IMG/VR virus record: IMGVR_UViG_2061766007_000659
DNA from: an uncultured virus (IMG/VR IMGVR_UViG_2061766007_000659)
Lineage: Duplodnaviria > Heunggongvirae > Uroviricota > Caudoviricetes
Direction: 5' to 3' (one strand)
DNA length: 17,554 nt
Part shown: positions 1-10,622 of the stretch, piece by piece
Layout of the letters: every line of letters begins with the position of its first letter
How positions within the stretch are numbered: position 1 is the stretch's first letter
Made by a program: the position numbers and the translations under genes
The notes under the pieces: model-generated
Told to the model about the DNA's origin: nothing
What the model saw: the letters and a program-made list of their open reading frames with translations, nothing else
Databases searched by the model: none

Positions 1-3000
1 ACTGGGCTACATCAGAAGCATAGATATTGGGGTCGGATGGGTCTATTGCACCATGCTCGGAATTCTCTCCTGAAGGTTTATCCTCTATCACATCAAAAGT
101 ATACTGGAGGTTTCCCACCTTACCCAAATAAATCACAGGGNNNNNNNNNNNNNNNNNNNNNNNNNNNNNNNNNNNNNNNNNNNNNNNNNNNNNNNNNNNN
201 NNNNNNNNNNNNNNNNNNNNNNNNNNNNNNNNNNNNGTATTCCTTTTTCTGACCAGGAGCACCCAACTCATACTTGACCTCATATGTATTGTCAGAGACC
301 CTATAATCTATATAAGAATCCTCTTGCATGTAAGGTACCTTATCATTCTCAGATGTCACATTTCTGTTATTGTTTCCATTCACCTTTATGAACAAGGCAT
401 TGTAGCAATACTTGTAAGGAGAAATCTGGTCCTCCATACCAGCATAATTGGCCCCTATAAGGGATTTAATCTTCTGAGGGTATGCTTCCACAGTTCCGTA
501 TCTTCCGCCGAGAATCCATGTCATTTCATCTCTGACATAATCAAGATACCTCAGTCCTGGAACTCTCTTAAGTTCCTGCTTAAGGGATTCTATGTCATAT
601 CCATCATAGTCGATTGACTTCCCTTCCTTTATGACACGCTTATGGAGAACATCTGAATATTCCCTATGGGTTTTCTTAAGGTCCTCTATGCTGAATGAGC
701 CTCCCTCAGGTATCTCCACCCTGATGGAATCTTCATCAATGAGCTCTAATTCATTATCCTTCAAATAGATATCTATGGTTTCCATAGGAGTGCAGCTCAT
801 TTTTATGACTTCATTCTGGTCATAGAACGGACAACTCTCCTTAACTGAGCATCTGGTGCAAGTCAATACACACTTTGAATTTATCTGTGTCCTTAATTCC
901 TCCATTTCCTTATCAGAATAGAACTTTCCAGCAAGAGGAACATTTGATTGACTTGCAATCTGTGTCGGAAGATATGTCAGAGGCTCAACATCTGAAATCG
1001 GAAGAACATCAGCGAACATGGAATAACTGTCAATGACCTGATTCGATATCTTCTTGGAATCTGAGAATATACTGCTATTGGTTATGAAGCTTGCTGCCTT
1101 ATACAGAGGACCGAACATCTTGTTCATTCTGCTGTTCAGTATCTGATACCTCTTATAATAAAGACCGCTCTGTGTTCCGCTAGGTTTGTCAGCCAATCCG
1201 TTTGAAACAAATCTCACATACTCAGAACTTGGCTGAGGGACTGTACCTGAGGTCTGTGATATTCCGTTCAATTTCATCTTGATGAAATCCACCAGAGCAC
1301 GGAACAAGGATATATTGATATCCATTCCCATATCCTGGTATACAAGGGTCATGTTATCAAGGGTCTCATAGTCTATCTTTCCATCTGAATCTGAATCAGG
1401 CCCGAAAGGAACAAGACTATTACCTTCAAGTTCCGGATATCTTATCCTCAGCTTATATGTTCCATCCAGTTCAGCGCTTTTATCCAACTCATACAGAAGA
1501 TTACTTCCGTTTGTGGAATCACCATCAAAGTATTTGCTTATATCGTTGGAACTGAATTTCCACTTGAGATTCTCATCGGATTCTATTCTTGCCCTCTCTG
1601 AATCAAAAGTGGACTTGGCGCTGCTGAGACAATTGGTACTGATATACTCATTTATACAAGATATGGTTTTATTTCTGCAATTCCTTTCTGATGTAGTCAA
1701 AGACTTATAACTCTGACCGCTTTCCAAGTCATACAGGTTGAGTTTTACTAAAACGGACTTTATGATATTATCCCAATCACTGCCTTCCCCTAAGACCATA
1801 ACAATCATATCCGCTAATTTTATCACATGGGATGTATAGAAATCCATTGACAATTGAGCCCTGTTATTACTGATGGCAGTCATGACATATTCAGCAGGAC
1901 TTCCGGAAGGTCCGAATTTAATGACAAGCTTATCATTGTCAATATCTCCGTCACTGTCAATAGCGCTGTTGACGCTGGATTCCGTATAATAAGACTTATA
2001 TGCATTTTTAAGATTGTTTATTATAGGAATCTTGGCCACGGCCATGCTCTCATCATTCATTCTATTGGCTAACACTAAAATGAACTCTGANNNNNNNNNN
2101 NNNNNNNNNNNNNNNNNNNNNNNNNNNNNNNNNNNACTTGTATGAGTGCATATGTTCCTGTTCCGAAACATTCATCTATTCCCTGGACATAATTGAATCC
2201 TTCAGAACTGCCGAATAGACTCTTATTAAGAACATTGGAAATGATGTTCTTCATGGAAGTGAAGCTATACCATGTTCCTCTGTTATTATCGANNNNNNNN
2301 NNNNNNNNNNNNNNNNNNNNNNNNNTTTTCTTCAATGTCTCATAGAGGGACACCCTATAGACGGTTTCCGACAAGGTTGAGCCTGCAGCAGGCTGAGGAC
2401 TTATGGCCTCATAGGTGTCAGCATTTACTTTCCTATAATAAACTGGGGGATAACTCGATGGAACAACAGTTCCTGCAGGAACTTGTTTATACTNNNNNNN
2501 NNNNNNNNNNNNNNNNNNNNNNNNNNNNNNNNNNNNNNNNNNNNNNNNNNNNNNNNNNNNNNNNNNNNNNNNNNNNNNNNNNNNNNNNNNNNNNNGAATC
2601 ATAGATTGTCATTCCAGTATTGGACATCTCAAGAAGTTCAGGATATACATTCTCCAATGCTTCCAATATACCTGGGATATCTTTAAGGAGTATAGGATTT
2701 GTACTGGAATTAGACATCTTCCAGTTACCTAAGATATTGAGATAGATATTTTTCAATATTGACTTATAGAGATTATCCTTATTATCGGAATAAGAAGAAC
2801 TCAAACTATTAAGGAAATTTGCCAGGAAATTACCCGCTGAGGTATTAAGACTTGAAGCTATCCCTCTGGAATGTTCAAGATTCACCATAATGTTTGAGCT
2901 GTTATAGAGAACAGGAAGGTCCTTTATGACACAAGAACTGGAAAGTATCCTCAAGTCCCTTAATCCTGAACTGGATGATGATTTCAAAGGATATGATATA

Positions 3001-6000
3001 TTGTTGGCATCAACATCCCCCTCCAATGGGAAATAATTTTCATCGGGAGTAGGAGGCAACAAGGTTCCTGACCCTGCATAATTATTGATGTTTATGACAT
3101 TGTTATTAGCATCATATAAGGCAATACCCGAATTTCTCTTATCTGCTGAAGTCCATTGGGAAAAATGTGTGGATGATATACCTGAGTTCTCAAATGAGAT
3201 GCTTTTGGCATAAAGAATGTAAACATAGCAATCGTGAGATTTATCTACAACTGGAAAGTCTACAGAAACCGTGCGCCATCTGGGTTCATCATGATAGTCA
3301 TATCCATTTTCATAACTTACTCCAATAATATCATACTTGACTACTCCGCTGCTTGTAACTCCTGTAACTCTATATACAAGATTCTCATTTACCTCATAGT
3401 CTCCGGAAGTAGGCATTATCATCTCATCACTTCGATAAGTACCGATGTTCTCCCATCCCCCGGAACTGGATGAACTTGAGCCTCCTGAACTATGACCACC
3501 ACCATCAGGTCCTATCTCTGGAGAACTACCACCGTCCACAATAGCCCTTGTGCCACTTCTGGTAGATGTGACCTCTTGCTCCACATATGGTGGGAGTTCA
3601 CTTAATGAGTCTGCACTTTCTATTGCGTAGTATGTTTTTCCATTATAGGTTACTTTATAGGTGCGCTGATATTCCTCATCCTCCTCACTCCAGAATCCAT
3701 CACCTATAGGATAGAGTCTTATTGTGTTACTGCTTGAGGAAGGAGTATTATCAGATGTGGAAGATGATGATTCTCCCTTATAGTATTTATAAACGGTATA
3801 TGTTCCATCCCCATTATATACCTTCTTATATTTATAGATGCTGGTGTTATCTGGGTCTGGGTCATAATCAAAATCATCAATATAATATTCTTTTCCAACA
3901 ACAGGATTGGTATATGAATCCGACCCCAGTTTCTTTTCAACCCTTCTGTTCGTGTAAGGAACTGCCACTGTCTCAAGGTATGCCTCTTTTACATCTCTTT
4001 TCACATTATATGTTAATTTATGAGACTTGGAATAAGACCTGTGAGAACCATAAGCATAGTCATGTCCACTATNNNNNNNNNNNNNNNNNNNNATAATTTG
4101 AATTCCTTGGCATAAGTAACATCATACATGAGGAACTTGTTACTGCTGGCGTTCCACATACTTATCATTGAATTCTCATTCAACCCCATGCTGTCTCTTG
4201 AGACAATTATCAGATAAGAAGGGAAATTATCAGAGGTCTCAGGATATATGAGAATCGGGTCTGATGACCATTTTTCTTCAACTCCGACAATATTATAGTA
4301 GTCATTTCCATTCTCATCCTCCATGGGAGTATCACTGATAATATCTATCAAAGTTTTAGTATCTCTGTGTCCGTTATTCAGGAACAATTCATATGGAGAT
4401 ATAATCTCTACGGAAGGATTATAGAAATCATCATCCTTACTTCCAGATAAATGGGAGAAAGTCAATTTGAACTGAGTCTCAAAAAGGGAATTGAGGTAAT
4501 CTGTTGTATCTGAATTAATATTACTGCTAGTGGTATCATATCCTGTTATGAAGCTGTACCAATGGGATTCCTTAGTAGCCTGCCGTACCTGGGCTCCTAA
4601 ATCTGAATCAGAGATTGTGAGAGTCTTGGAACCCGAATTATAGGCATTAGCAAATCTTGATATATACCCTTGAATATCCTTATAAGAGATATATTCTCCT
4701 TTTTCAGTGACACAATTCAGACTATTCCTGAACTTCTGACTATACTTCATATCATAAGTGGAGTTATCTCCGGGCTTGATAGCCTTATAATATGAGGAAT
4801 TGGAGGATTTACAGGCATAAGCAGTTGACCCCATATATCTTGGGGAAAGATTGGCTGAATTCCATTCCGATATGCTTCCAATCATGTTTTTTCTGAAAGC
4901 TTCCAGGAACACTGAGGGTCTTCCCAAAAGACTTTCATAGAATACCTCAGCTTTTCCGTAATATCCGTTCTTAAGAAGATTGTCTATTCCGGATATGACG
5001 GTCCCATTTTCCTTTACTACGAAATCCTTGGAGGTCAGCTTGAGAGGAGCATCATACATTGTTCCTCTGTTGAGAAGCCCGTTAGAAAAGTATCTTCTTC
5101 CCTTATAATCGTCCCCATTTGCTCCAGGAACATCAGGTACGGAATACTTCCATTTGGTTACCTTTCTTCCTTGTGTGGATTCTTCAATCTCATAGGGCTC
5201 ACAGTAGAATCCGTTTAAGAGACCGGATGCATCTGAATAATATTCCTTATCTATATTAAGAAATACATTCAAGTGCTTTATCAAGACATTAATCTCAGGT
5301 TGAAGGCTTAAATCATCAAAGGGTATCTTCTCATTGAATTTCACCTCTGCGAAATCTGCCTGTTGAGGAGTTCCCTTTAAGGCCTCCACATAAATTATAT
5401 ATCTTGTGTATTNNNNNNNNNNNNNNNNNNNNNNNNNNNNNNNNNNNNNNNNNNNNNNNNNNNNNNNNNNNNNNNNNNNNNNNNNNNNNNNNNNNNNNNN
5501 NNNNNNNNNNNNNNNNNNNNNNNNNNNNNNNNNNNNNGCTGAGAGGGTTCTCCATTTGTATTTACTAGACCGCTCTTTTTAAAGAAATCATTAGTAATAC
5601 ACCCGTTCAGAATAATGCTTCTTTTATTGTATTCACTGGGTTCTCCATTTCCTGATGATTTAGGAATAGCCACATATGAGACACCGGTCATTCCAAGAGC
5701 CAAGACTTCAGAAGCATCTAATTCCGCAGCGCTCGGAAGATTACTGAATATGATTCTTTCATTAGAGGAGTTTATTCTCCAAATCTGAATGGAAGAACTT
5801 CTATATTGGGTCTTTACGTTCTCAGATGACTTGACATAGAATTTAGGACCTTTGAATATATATCCTATCTCATTTCTAGGATAATCAGTCTGTATCCTAT
5901 AATCTGAAATCTCTTTTCCGGAAACATTGAAGAAATGCTCCGCCATGGTCTGGTCCATCAAGGCCCTGTTTATTATATAGGGGTCTTTCTCTATGATTCT

Positions 6001-6176
6001 CTCGATATCTGATTTATTGTCATCAAGAGGGATATCCTTTATTATTTGTGAATANNNNNNNNNNCCTTATCATAAAATTTTCTTTCATTATTACAGATTG
6101 CGCCATCTTCCTCAAGATTGTCCACTATCTGCTGATGTATGGAATAAAGGGTATAGTCACTTGATGCCTGAGACAT
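1..6176 (-). CDS. Giant hypothetical protein, probably virion/baseplate-associated (about 2,050 aa or more; runs off the left edge; split by gaps; may be continuous with the upstream ORF starting at 7466)
   Basis: ORF-track pieces 5395-5961, 4013-5389, 2487-4004, 2075-2602 and 120-2171 each stay open up to the preceding N gap (YSQIIKDIPLDD..., YTRYIIYVEALKG..., SGHDYAYGSHRSYSKSHKLTYNVKRD...). Bases 1-140 are also open in one frame (PVIYLGKVGNLQYTFDVIEDK...). Frame changes occur only at gaps. Candidate ATG at 6176 (MSQASSDY). Gene boundaries hidden in the larger gaps cannot be excluded. Confidence 0.7.
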
Positions 6177-6178
6177 AT

Positions 6179-7466
6179 NNNNNNNNNNNNNNNNNNNNNN
6201 NNNNNNNNNNNNNNNNNNNNNNNNNNNCTTTGATAAAATTCTGATTGAAGATGTACTGTTGAATGGAGAAAGGTAAGAAACATTATTTATCACATCCTCA
6301 ATTGATTTCCCCGATTCCCCCAATGAACTTCCCATAACTGATACTTTTCCAACATAAGGGGAACCTGACCTTCCTGACCACTTGATAAGGGAGTAATCCC
6401 TTATATAGGCGTTCTTTCTGGCGGTGGCGACAGCCTCCTTCATAAAGTTCTGTGTGAATGTATTCATGAACTTGGATTTCATGAAGTCACCTCTGATAAG
6501 GGGATTTCCGTCCATATCCGTGAAATTCAATTCAGACCAGTTACGGACTGTAGCATCAGCTGAACCCAATGTATCCCTTATGGTCTTGTTCCATGAATCC
6601 TCCCATGTATAGGAGTACATTGTGCTTGCATAGAAATCCTCGTCAAAGACGGCCTTGAGCCATCCGTTTGACCAGTCTCCATTGAGAACTGCATCTCTGA
6701 CACTCACGGTGCTTATAGCTCCCAGAATCAGATTGGGGACCTCTATCTTTAATGAATAGATATATTTTCTGAATGAACCTAGAAGTAAGGTGGTGAGTTG
6801 TTGGGCCTTCTTCTGAACTTCCTCCATAGCCTTGTTCTGAGCATCAACTCCAGCCNNNNNNNNNNNNGCACTGAACAACTCATAGGTGACTTCCATTATA
6901 GGAATCAGAGGCTCAACAATCTTCATTATCCTCTGAGCGGAGGATATGGCGTCAGCAGCGGTGTTCAAGGCATTGGCAAAGGTCTTTACTGCACCAAGAT
7001 TGGCAAGGGTCTCCTGAACACCCTCATCCTGGGAAAGGAACTGTATGAAGTCATCTCCGATGGCGTCCGCTATTGTTCCGTTTGAACCCACTCCAAGTAT
7101 ATATCTTCCAAGACTGTCTATCTTTGTTGATAATGCCTTTGCGGCATTTACAGGGTCCTGGACATAAGGGGAGACCTCTCCCAAAAGAGCTCTGACCTCA
7201 ACTGGGGTCTTATATCTGAGACCATCCTCGATGTTCTGTATCTTTTTCTGAAGATAAGAGTAGGCGGCATTTCCAGCCGCGTTGGTTATATCAGCTAAAT
7301 CCTCACCCGCATACAGGACAGAGGATATTGTATCTATACCAGTCTGTGCAAGATTTGAACCTAGTGTTGATATACCCTCGGTTATCTCAGATTCAAGGAG
7401 TTCCCTTTGATTATTGGCATAAGTTACAGAGGCTTCAGCAGCTTCTTTTAAAGACATATTGGCCAT
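6179..7466 (-). CDS. Ala/Ile-rich, predicted helical hypothetical virion protein (about 420 aa, or the N-terminus of the giant protein)
   Basis: ATG at 7466 preceded by SD AAGGAG directly after the spike stop. Open frame up to gap 6179-6227. Its stop, if any, lies in that gap. Confidence 0.7.
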
Positions 7467-7476
7467 TCTCTACTCC

Positions 7477-8140
7477 TTATNNNNNNNNNNNNNNNNNNNN
7501 NNCATCAGCACTGACTCCATTGGTGACAAGGACATTACCTTTACTGCTGGAATCTCCCAAACCCACGAAATTTGCCTGAAGAGCTATTGATTTTGATACT
7601 GCGCCAAGGCTTTCAGCATCCAACTTCAAGATAGTTGAACCTATCTTTATTATAAATTCATTCTGTCTGAAAATATAGACACTTCCGGATTTAAAGGCGA
7701 TGACCTTTCCACCTGTACTTCTCTCTATATAATGGATACAATTATCGTCCCAATAGGTCACCTTGACATTATCAAGACTAAGCATGAATCCATCTATGGA
7801 TACNNNNNNNNNNNNNNNNNNNNNNNNNNNNNNNNGACAGACTTATACCATCTGAACTGGTCTCAAACACCGTAGGAACACCGCTTCTATCCACCACATC
7901 TGGATATGTTATATAATTGGCTAAACCAAACACATATCCAAGTGAAAACTCATCATCACAGAGAACCCATACCAAATCACCCTCTTTTCCGGTGAAAAGT
8001 TCATCCTTGAAGAAGGATGGCCATACCGGACATTTAGAGGATTCTATTCCTTTCATTTGCGGAAGAACCCTGACACCAAGCCTGTTATCCTTAGGCTGTG
8101 CGACACTGGTTACTTCTGCGAGATAAAATCCATAGCTCAT
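7477..8140 (-). CDS. Baseplate central spike-like protein (gp5/gpV/Gp138-type N-terminal OB fold plus beta-strand region), about 220 aa
   Basis: N-terminus FYLAEVTSV...NRLGVRVLP...CPVWP...GKEGDLVWV...GYVFG matches the spike OB-fold pattern. ORFs 7778-8140 and 7477-7785 join across gap 7804-7834 (frame VSIDGFMLSL is open). Located directly after the hub. Confidence 0.7.
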
Positions 8141-8143
8141 AAG

Positions 8144-8154
8144 AAATTAGTTTT
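8144..8154 (-). promoter_or_regulatory. Putative phage late promoter AAAACTAATTT (core ACTAAT), 5 nt before the SD-less spike ATG
   Basis: Identical 11-mer at 14219-14229 upstream of the tail operon. Intergenic, with no SD before ATG 8140. Confidence 0.5.
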
Positions 8155-8178
8155 GAATAGATTTGCCCGAAAAATCTG

Positions 8179-9306
8179 TCAGCAGGCAACTTGAGCAAGA
8201 GTGGCGATAGTCTGAAGGGAATTACCGTCTCCCTCGAATCTCAGTTCCGTTATAAGGTATCTTCCCTCACCAAGATTGGCCTCATCTCCAGAGGAATCCC
8301 TTGTTGTTCCTGGATTATATGGGAGTTCAATGTCCAGAGTTCCGCCGAGTTCAAGATTATCCACATCGAATCCCATGAATGTGGCAATGAATGAACAGGT
8401 GTCATATGTATCCTCAAAAGAATCTCTTGCTGATATCGCATAGGCATCCATGGGAGCAAGATTCCATCCATAGAATCTTGTCTTGGAGGGTACTCCGGTC
8501 TCTATCTGATTGTTTCTCAATTCAGGTCCTACATAAGTATAGGAACTTTCTGTCCCCTCTGAGAATCTGAAATTCCTTACGGAGAACACGCTGTTTATCT
8601 TTGAACAGGCTTTCTTTCCATTGAATATGGAGTGGAAGTCATACATGACGATATTCTTGTCAGAGGTGTTATGAGTCCCTACAGAACCCAGCTTCTCGGA
8701 AAGAACTGACCTTGCGGTGCATTTGGGGGATGAGTTGGACATCTCTGAGATTCCCCTGAGCTTCAGAACTCCCTTGGCATCAGTGAAAAGATATACGGGC
8801 TTTTTTCCTTGTATTCCATATTTAAGGATTCTTTTCATGAAATCCAGAGTTCTCTCTGAGGTCTGGTATCTTCTTCTGGGAAAATCATCAGTGGAAGTCC
8901 CCTCATATTTGGTGACAGTATCCTTGAAGAACTCTGACATTATTGTTTCTATGATTATTCCCACAGAACCATCATACGAGGCAGTATTCTGTGTTTTGTC
9001 AAAATAAATTGATGATATCAGAGTCATTTCTATGATATCAGTCGCATCTCCGCCTGGAGAGGACTCTTTTTCAAAAGACAGAATCCTCATCTTATTCACA
9101 TATCTGTTACTGCCTGATTCAAATATGAAATTGACAGGAGTTCCACCCTTTATATTATTGAAATATCTTTTTGCAGTATCTCTGAATCTGATTCTTGCCA
9201 AGGAATATACCTTGAATATGCTGCATATGTAAGATACCTTGTCTATGGACTCAAGGGGAAGGTCTCTGATTGGGGAGTTCTCAAATTCTATCTTAATGGA
9301 ATTCAT
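8179..9306 (-). CDS. Baseplate hub protein (T4 gp27 / P2 gpD / VgrG N-terminal-like), 375 aa
   Basis: Ungapped ORF; TGATG overlap with the upstream gene and a GGGAG SD. Hub-like patterns RYQTSERTLDFMKRI, VYLFTDAKGVLKL and C-terminal GEGRYLITELRF. Sits between the LysM-like and spike genes. Confidence 0.7.
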   Translation of the reverse strand: MNSIKIEFENSPIRDLPLESIDKVSYICSIFKVYSLARIRFRDTAKRYFNNIKGGTPVNFIFESGSNRYVNKMRILSFEKESSPGGDATDIIEMTLISSIYFDKTQNTASYDGSVGIIIETIMSEFFKDTVTKYEGTSTDDFPRRRYQTSERTLDFMKRILKYGIQGKKPVYLFTDAKGVLKLRGISEMSNSSPKCTARSVLSEKLGSVGTHNTSDKNIVMYDFHSIFNGKKACSKINSVFSVRNFRFSEGTESSYTYVGPELRNNQIETGVPSKTRFYGWNLAPMDAYAISARDSFEDTYDTCSFIATFMGFDVDNLELGGTLDIELPYNPGTTRDSSGDEANLGEGRYLITELRFEGDGNSLQTIATLAQVAC

Positions 9307-9624
9307 CAATAAACTCCCTTATTGAAACTTTTATCTATATCTGTCTGTGATGGAAAATAAATGATATCTCCATTCTTGAGGTGATTTATATGAGGATATC
9401 CGTTTAAGGTGAGAACAATATCATCATAGAAAGCCCCACCATAATATTTGGTGACTTCAAGCCAGAAGAACATTATTNNNNNNNNNNNNNNNNNNNNNNN
9501 NNGATTGAGGGATAGAGGAATTCCTGAAATCAAGGTAATTCATGCTCAGAGGGTCAGGGTAGTAGTTATTTGAACCCTCGTCCTTTACAACCCCTTCCTT
9601 CATAAAATCATATCTGCTTTTCAT
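9306..9624 (-). CDS. LysM-like baseplate protein (T4 gp53 / P2 gpX-like), about 105 aa
   Basis: Likely true start is ATG 9624 (MKSRYDFMKEG...YPDPLSMNY), joined across gap 9478-9502 to KYYGGAFYDDIVLTLNGYPHINHLKNGDIIYFP, which fits the YYG...N...L..G..I..P pattern. Confidence 0.7.
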
Positions 9625-9626
9625 AA

Positions 9627-10611
9627 TCAATGTACTCCATATCTTACACCAAGTTCCTGGTCTGTAGAAGCTGACAACACAAACGGAGCAATTCCCTTGA
9701 ACTTGACTTCTATATTTCCGGATATCGGATACCCATGCTGGTCAACCTCATTTGAGAAATTGACTCTGGCACTTAATGGGAGCATCTGATAATAGGTCAC
9801 TATACTTCCGAATTCTATATCAAACGTATATTTATGATATGAACTCAGAATATTTGTCTCAAGTCTAGCAGCTAACTCCTCCAATGAGAAATTACTGTTA
9901 TCATCTGTTATAGGTTCTGCAGCACCGCTATCTGGAGAAGAGCCCTCTTGGCTACTGGAAGTTGAAGCCGGAAGATTACCTCTTATGGCATCTCCCAAAA
10001 GATTGGCAAGAAGTCCTATTCCATTGGGGAACGGACCATATTGCATGAAAGAATTTATATACTGAGGGAGACAAGGAGCCAATAGATTCAATATGGGTTN
10101 NNNNNNNNNNNNNNNNNNNNNNNNTCCATAATCCATACTGACCCATTGCGAACTTAAAGGTATAGGATAATTCAGCTATGTTCTGGGTACTTCCACCTTT
10201 CCAAGCCTGGACATTTGACATCCATGGGTCCCATACTCCAGATGTGGCATCACTTCCTTCGATAGCCTGATTAATGGCAGAAAACAAGCTGACTCCGGTC
10301 TTCCATATGTCCCCAAGCTTTCCTAGTATTCCATTACCCTTACCTGACAAGGTGTTTGCGAATTCTCCGACAGGATAACTTGGAGTATTCTGTATAGCCA
10401 CTCCCTTAGGCTCAGTAAGAAGAAGATGGACATCATCATGTACATCAAGACTGCCTAATGAAGCGACATCCAAAAATATTGCAGCATTTCCATGGGCATT
10501 ATCAACTATATTCAGCAACCTGCTAAGGTTATATTTCCAGTTTCTGTTCTCCACATTGGTATTTGTGATATTTATGTCTATAATCCTATCTTTATTGATA
10601 CCGGACATCAT
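9627..10611 (-). CDS. Tail tube initiator / baseplate tube-junction protein (gp48/gp54-like), about 328 aa
   Basis: SD GAGGTG. ORFs 9976-10611 and 9627-10136 join across gap 10100-10124. Tube-fold-like motifs LSYTFKF and VNFSNEVDQHGYPISGNIEVKFK. Lies between the tape measure and LysM genes. Confidence 0.55.
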
Positions 10612-10622
10612 GATGAATCACC

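Noticed and set aside
8159..8177. Hairpin AGATTT-N7-AAATCT after the hub stop
   Set aside because: Only 6 AT-rich base pairs and no U tract on the coding strand; too weak to call a terminator.
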